Below, piece after piece: positions 58,151-64,000 of a stretch of DNA of 64,000 bases. Origin of the DNA: Eledone cirrhosa (lineage: Eukaryota). Position 1 is the stretch's first letter, and each line of letters begins with the position of its first letter. The stretch is from assembly GCA_964016885.1 (NCBI GenBank), contig OZ024748.1, positions 47,678,001 to 47,742,000 of the forward strand, in the 5' to 3' direction. A program made the translations under genes and the position numbers. The notes beneath the pieces are model-generated. The model was not told the origin of the DNA and ran no database searches. It was given only the letters and a program-made list of their open reading frames with translations.

Positions 58151-58339
58151 AATAAGGAAGAATTTGTCCCCAAATCCTGCTGACATTTATCACAGAAATT
58201 CTAACGCAACACAATATTCCAAACCAATAATTAAAGATTTTGCCAATTCCTATCAGAGCCATTCTTATAGAAAAACATTCCTCATTCCACTTCCTTCAGA
58301 TTCTACAGTATTTCTTCTTCCTGGTTAGCGCAGCTCCAT

Positions 58340-59770
58340 GTTTTGGTGTTGGTGGTGGTGTTAGTGGTGTTAGTGTTGTTGTTGGTAGTGTTATTGTTGG
58401 TGTAGGTGGTAGTGGTGTTGGTAGTGTTGGTGGTGTTGGTATTGTTGGTGGTGTTGTTAGTGTAGGTGGTGGTGTTGGTGTTGTTGTTGTTGGTGGTGGT
58501 GTTAGTGGTGTTGGTGTTGTTGTTGGTAGTGTTATTGTTAGTGTAGGTGGTAGTGGTGTTGGTAGTGTTAGTGGTATTGGTATTGTTGGTGGTGTTGTTA
58601 GTGTTGTTGTTGGTGATGTTGGTGTTGGTGGTAGTGGTGGTGGTGGTGGTGGTGGTAGTGGTGGTGGTAGTGGTGGTGTTGGTAGTGTTGGTGTTGGTGT
58701 AGGCGGTAGTGGTGTTGGTAGTGTTTGTGGTGTTGGTGGTGGTGGTGGTGTTGTTGGTGTTGTTGTAGGTGTAGGTGGTAGTGGTGGTGGTATTGGTGGT
58801 GTTGATAGTGTTGGTGTTGTTTATGGTGGTATTGGTGGTGGTGTTGGTGGTGTTGGTAGTGTTGGTGTTGTTGCTGTTGTTTATGGTGGTGTTGGTGGTG
58901 GTGTTGTTTGTAGTGATGTTGGTGGTGGTAGTGGTATGGTTGTTGTTGTTGGTGGTGGGGGCATTGTTTGTGATAGTGTTGATGTTGGTGGTGGTGGTAG
59001 TTGTTGTTGGTGGTGAGGGCATTGTTTGTGATAGTGTTGATGTTGGTGGTGGTGGTAGTTGTTGTTGGTGGTGGGGGCATTGTTTGTGATAGTGTTGATG
59101 TTGGTGGTGGTGGTAGTTGTTGTTGGTGGTGAGGGCATTGTTTGTGATAGTGTTGATGTTGGTGGTGGTGGTAGTTGTTGTTGGTGGTGGGGGCATTGTT
59201 TGTGATAGTGTTGATGTTGGTGGTGGTGGTAGTTGTTGTTGGTGGTGGGGGCATTGTTTGTGATAGTGTTGATGTTGGTGGTGGTGGTAGTTGTTGTAGG
59301 TGGTGGGGGCATTGTTTGTGATAGTGTTGATGTTGGTGGTGGTGGTAGTTGTTGTTGGTGGTGGGGGCATTGTTTGTGATAGTGTTGATGTTGGTGGTGG
59401 TGGTAGTTGTTGTAGGTGGTGGGGGCATTGTTTGTGATAGTGTTGATGTTGGTGGTGGTGGTAGTTGTTGTTGGTGGTGGGGGCATTGTTTGTGATAGTG
59501 TTGATGTTGGTGGTGGTGGTAGTTGTTGTAGGTGGTGGGGGCATTGTTTGTGATAGTGTTGATGTTGGTGGTGGTGGTAGTTGTTGTTGGTGGTGGGGGC
59601 ATTGTTTGTGATAGTGTTGATGTTGGTGGTGGTGGTAGTTGTTGTTGGTGGTGGGGGCATTGTTTGTGATAGTGTTGATGTTGGTGGTGGTGGTAGTTGT
59701 TGTAGGTGGTGGGGGCATTGTTTGTGATAGTGTTGATGTTGGTGGTGGTGGTTTGTTGTTGTAGGTGTTG
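58340..59770. repeat. GT-rich trinucleotide tract followed by a 58-bp tandem repeat (~14 copies, 58935-59765)
   Basis: GGGCATTGTTTGTGATAGTGTTGATGTTGG...; period 58981 to 59039. Confidence 0.95.
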
Positions 59771-59869
59771 TTGATGTGGCTGCCATTATAAGTGTTGCTA
59801 CAGTTGCGCATAAAAAGACTGCCTGCAACTTATCTATTGGAACTTTCTGAGGGCTTGAAATACACCGCA

Positions 59870-60970
59870 GACACACACAGACACACACACACACATGCAT
59901 GTACGTAGGTGTACACGTACACACACACACACAGGCACACATAGACACACACAGACACACATGCATGTACGTAGGTGTACACGTACACACACACACACAG
60001 GCACACATAGACACACACAGACACACATGCATGTACGTAGGTGTACACGTACACACACACACAGGCACACATAGACACACATGCATGTACGTAGGTGTAC
60101 ACGTACACACACACACACACAGGCACACATAGACACACACAGACACACATGCATGTACGTAGGTGTACACGTACACACACACACAGGCACACATAGACAC
60201 ACATGCATGTACGTAGGTGTACACGTACACACACACACAGGCACACATAGACACACACAGACACACATGCATGTACGTAGGTGTACACGTACACACACAC
60301 ACAGGCACACATAGACACACACAGACACACATGCATGTACGTAGGTGTACACGTACACACACACACAGACACACACAGACACACACAGACACACATGTAC
60401 ACACACAGACACACACGCATGTATGCATGTACGTAGGTGTACACATAAACACACATGTATACACAGACGCAGACACACATGCATGTATGTAGGTGCACAC
60501 GTACACACACACACACACACAGACACACAGACACACACAGACACACATGTACACACACAGACACACACGCATGTATGCATGTACGTAGGTGTACACATAA
60601 ACACACATGTATACACAGACGCAGACACACATGCATGTATGTAGGTGCACACGTACACACACAGACACAGACACACACACACATGCATGTACGTAGGTGT
60701 ACACGTACACACAGACACACATGCACACACACACAGACACACACGCATGTACGTAGGTGTACACGTACACACACACACAGACACACATGCACACACACAG
60801 ACACACATGCCTGTACGTAGGTGTCCACATATACACACAGACACACATGCATGTACGTAGGTGTACACATACACACACACATGCATGTACATATTTTTAC
60901 ACGTACACAAACACGTACACACATCCACACATGCATAAGTACACACATACACACACATGTACATACACAT
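59870..60970. repeat. (CA)n minisatellite with ATGCATGTACGTAGGTGTACACGTAC module
   Basis: Directly visible. Confidence 0.95.
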
Positions 60971-61723
60971 ATACCAGCAAATAAGTGAATATATAAGACT
61001 GGTTTGCAATGTTGCTATTCAATCTAAACTATAATAAAGTAAGGAGCGCGGGACTGCTTACGGTTTATAATTGTTTATCCCATTAGTAAAATAAGTTGGA
61101 TTACTTTGAATAAATAATGAATGAATATTACATAATTTATCTACTAAATTTCGTGGCTGTTGATTAAATATATTTTGTTTATTTAAAGATTCACTTCTTT
61201 AAAATTTCTGAAATGTCAACACTTCCGGTTGGCCATCGCTTAAATAAACATACTAATTTTCTCCTAATGCAGTTTATATATAATATCGTCGTTTTTAATG
61301 TATCATGGATTACGTTACTGATTAAATAAGACAGTGTAACGCAGTCTTCGTTCAATTTCTATGTAATATATATTGTTAATTACGATTTTATTTGATGAAT
61401 CATATCTACATGTATATATACTTGCGTATAATATCAATATACACACTACACATGCTAGCAGAAAACCACCCGAAAGGTGGTTTTTTCTGGTAGTATATAT
61501 AAATATATTTGCATCATTGTAAACAAAAATCCAATGATGACATCTCACTCGAAAAACAAAAATGACTTCCACATATGTGAAACATATATGAGAGGTTTTC
61601 TATCAACCAATTGTAATTCTAGAATTGCTTATATATTGTTTGTCATTTAGTTGAGGCAATTTGAAATCATTAGTTAATCTGTTCATTTTTGGCATAAAAA
61701 CTGCTTGCTATGGTATCTTTAGT

Positions 61724-61935
61724 AAAGGCGTGTGGCTGAGTGGTTAGATTCGCAATCGTGGGGTTGTGAGTTCGATTCCCGGACCGGGAAATGCGTTATG
61801 TCCCTGAGCAAGACACTTTATTTCACGTTGCTCCTTCTACCTTGAGTTGCGACTGATAGATAGTATTAGCAATTGGAAAGATGGATGGAAACATTGTTTC
61901 CTCGGTCCGATTTGACGAAAGTCGATCGCTCCTTT
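61724..61935 (+). mobile_element. tRNA/CORE-headed SINE with an atypical tail and a 15-bp TSD
   Basis: TATGGTATCTTTAGT at 61709-61723 and 61936-61950; A box TGGCTGAGTGGTTAG, B box GAGTTCGATTCCC. Confidence 0.8.
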
Positions 61936-62002
61936 TATGGTATCTTTAGTTCTGGGACTTTTCCCGACTGTATTGGCAATGATTAGGATTGTTTATGATA
62001 AA

Positions 62003-62515
62003 CTAGCAGATTTACCCGGCGTTGCCCGGGATTTGAAATTATGCTAAGAATATACAGCTATGAAGTAAAAGAAGAAAATTATTTGTCCCCAACCTGTCAA
62101 AATAAGCAGAAGTCTTCAATAATTAATGCAAACGAATATTTAGTGCAATCTTTGTACACATAAAACTATGCTGATAATGAAGGAAAACACTGAACAGGAT
62201 GTAGTTATACAAATGATTAAAGACAATAAACGTTGCAAATCTGTAAAAAAAACAGGCAGTTTTGCTAAAGTACAAGAAGTTGTAATGAAAGCAGAGTTGT
62301 ATACAAACAAAAAAACAATGAGAGTAGAATAAGAGAAAATGTATTCTTGCTATCGATTTTTTATTGCTCAACGTGATTTGAAAGATGTTCGTGATGTGAC
62401 CATCTTAGCGACAGGTGCAACGTGCACATCAAATTCGGTTGGGAATTGTAAAGCCTTAGGTGTCCAAAGTTGTCCACAGACACACACACATCCTCGCTTT
62501 TATATATATAGAAGA
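62003..62515 (-). mobile_element. Non-autonomous Helitron
   Basis: Minus strand starts A|TC(TTCTATATATATAAAAG), has a CCCGGGCAACGCCGGG hairpin at 62015-62030 and ends CTAG|T; no TSD. Confidence 0.8.
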
Positions 62516-62629
62516 TATATATTTTTTTCTTTTTATTTGAACACAATTGTAAGAAAATTTGCAAACACCCAGTCCATCCTGCTAGGTGGTAGTGTCAGAG
62601 TCGCAGTGAAATGCTCCCTGAACACTCTT

Positions 62630-62981
62630 TAAACTGTTTGGTGTTAGGAAGCGCATCGAGCTAGAGAAGCCATGTTCCCAGTACATGCTGTAAAGTGTTT
62701 GGTATTAGAAAAGGCATTGAGCTATAGAAACCTTGCTGCCAGTACATGCTGTAAAGTGTTTGGTGTTAGGAAAGACATTGCGCTATAGAAACCATGTTCC
62801 CAGTACATGCTGTAAAGTGTTTTGTGTTAGGAAAGGCATCCAGCCACAGAAGCCAAACCAAAACAAAGCATATGAGTAGGACCTAGTCACCTGACCAATC
62901 TGGCCTCAGCATATGACAGCTATCTAAGCTAGGCAAGCATGGAAAATAGACATAAAACCACGGTAATGAGGATGAGGATGA
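62630..62981 (+). repeat. 61-bp tandem amplification (~3.6x) of the SINE/RTE tail segment, followed by a decayed tail
   Basis: TAAAGTGTTT at 62691, 62752 and 62813; unit contains GTGTTAGGAA..GCAT..AGC. Confidence 0.8.
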
Positions 62982-63620
62982 CAAAAAGCAACATGTGACT
63001 TATATACGGGTTAAATAATGAAGCCAAATTACCATAAACACAAAGAGAGAAGGGGAGAAGGTGCATCTTAAACACGAGTATATACGGTAATGAATAAAAC
63101 GACGTTGTGCAGTGATTGGTCTGTTATTTCTCCTTTTGTTATTATATTGCTTCAGCTTTTGATGTCGCTAACAATTTCCCATATTTCCTTTCAATAGAGC
63201 AGCTACCAATTAACAAACGAGTTACATAACTGACACTTAACGAGCTTTTATAATCTTAATCTGTTGCAATAAATGAAGGTGGGGTGGGTAATTCAACCTT
63301 TGACCTTCAGACAAAAATCTTCCTTTTATTTTCATCTCCCCCCCCCCCACACACACACACACACACTCAGTTTAACGATAGTTCTTTTTTTTTTTCCAAG
63401 ACAATAAAAAAATATCAAAATTTACCAAAATCTTCAATGTTATTCATCTGAAGAGAGCAAAAGAGTTCTATCTTGTCAAAAATCTCTATTAATGGATTTT
63501 CCTTGCATTTTTCGCTTTTAATTGCATCGGAAAACATCAAAGTTTCACTTTCATATTGTTTTTATATTTTTATCATTATTGTTATTATTAAATATTATTG
63601 GTTTTTCTTACTGTTATTCA

Positions 63621-63660
<40 letters not shown>

Positions 63661-63862
63661 ATCATCATTATTGTTTTTGTTGTTACTGTTGTTTTTCTTA
63701 TGATTGTTGTTGTTGTTGTTAATATTTTTATTATTGTTATCATTATTGTTTTCATTGTTGCTATAATTATTATTGTATTATTATCATTCTTATTTATTGC
63801 TGTTTAATATCTCCAAAGATTTGTGTCCTTGTGGCCAATAAAAAATACTACTAATACTAATA

Positions 63863-64000
63863 GAAAACGATCAGGTGAAGGTGCTATGGGATTTTAAGAT
63901 ACAGACGGACAAGAAATTAGAACACAATAGGCCTGACCTGGTGGTTTTGGACAGATGTAGCCTTCCCATTCGACACGAGAGTGCAAGAAAATGAAAGGGA
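63863..64000 (+). mobile_element. R4/Dong-like restriction-like endonuclease fragment with an internal deletion
   Basis: ENDQVKVLWDFKIQTDKKLEHNRPDLVVLD, then frameshift to DVAFPFDTRVQENER; runs off the window end. Confidence 0.78.

Noticed and set aside
58303-61009. Mucin-like and Cys/Val-rich long ORFs
   Set aside because: Products of the 58-bp and CA-based tandem repeats; the frame shifts with each 58-bp unit.
61454-61494. Rho-independent terminator-like hairpin (ACCACC-CGAAA-GGTGGT-TTTTT)
   Set aside because: Eukaryotic context with no upstream gene. The adjacent CTAG suggests a decayed Helitron end instead.
61848-61930. Possible hammerhead in the SINE tail (CTGATAG...GAAA)
   Set aside because: The core is non-canonical, there is no stem II, and no UH precedes stem I.

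Overview
AT-rich, repeat-saturated eukaryotic DNA. The SINE and LINE families and the extreme (TA)n content fit an octopod cephalopod; this taxon is inferred, not proven. No complete host gene is visible, and nearly all long ORFs in the supplied track are microsatellite or minisatellite artefacts. The window contains: (i) tRNA-derived CORE-type SINEs that share a 3' tail with an RTE-clade LINE, plus a second SINE family; (ii) fragments of RTE, CR1, R4/Dong-like and CRE-like non-LTR retrotransposons; (iii) Helitron, piggyBac-type and Tc1/mariner-type MITEs; (iv) 48-, 58-, 61-, 78-, 125- and 163-bp tandem arrays. The strongest unannotated signal is a set of about 15 short insertions, most of them inside (TA)n tracts, from several unrelated families. 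Most carry a minimal type I hammerhead ribozyme motif (stem I-CTGANGA-stem II-GAAA-short stem III-NUH-stem I). Five are fold-back hairpins with a one-sided tail and a symmetry centre at the ribozyme. One family is physically joined to a Penelope-type GIY-YIG endonuclease C-terminus (28500-29461), which suggests they are products of (TA)n-targeting Penelope-like retroelements. A few small candidate host exons are reported at low confidence.
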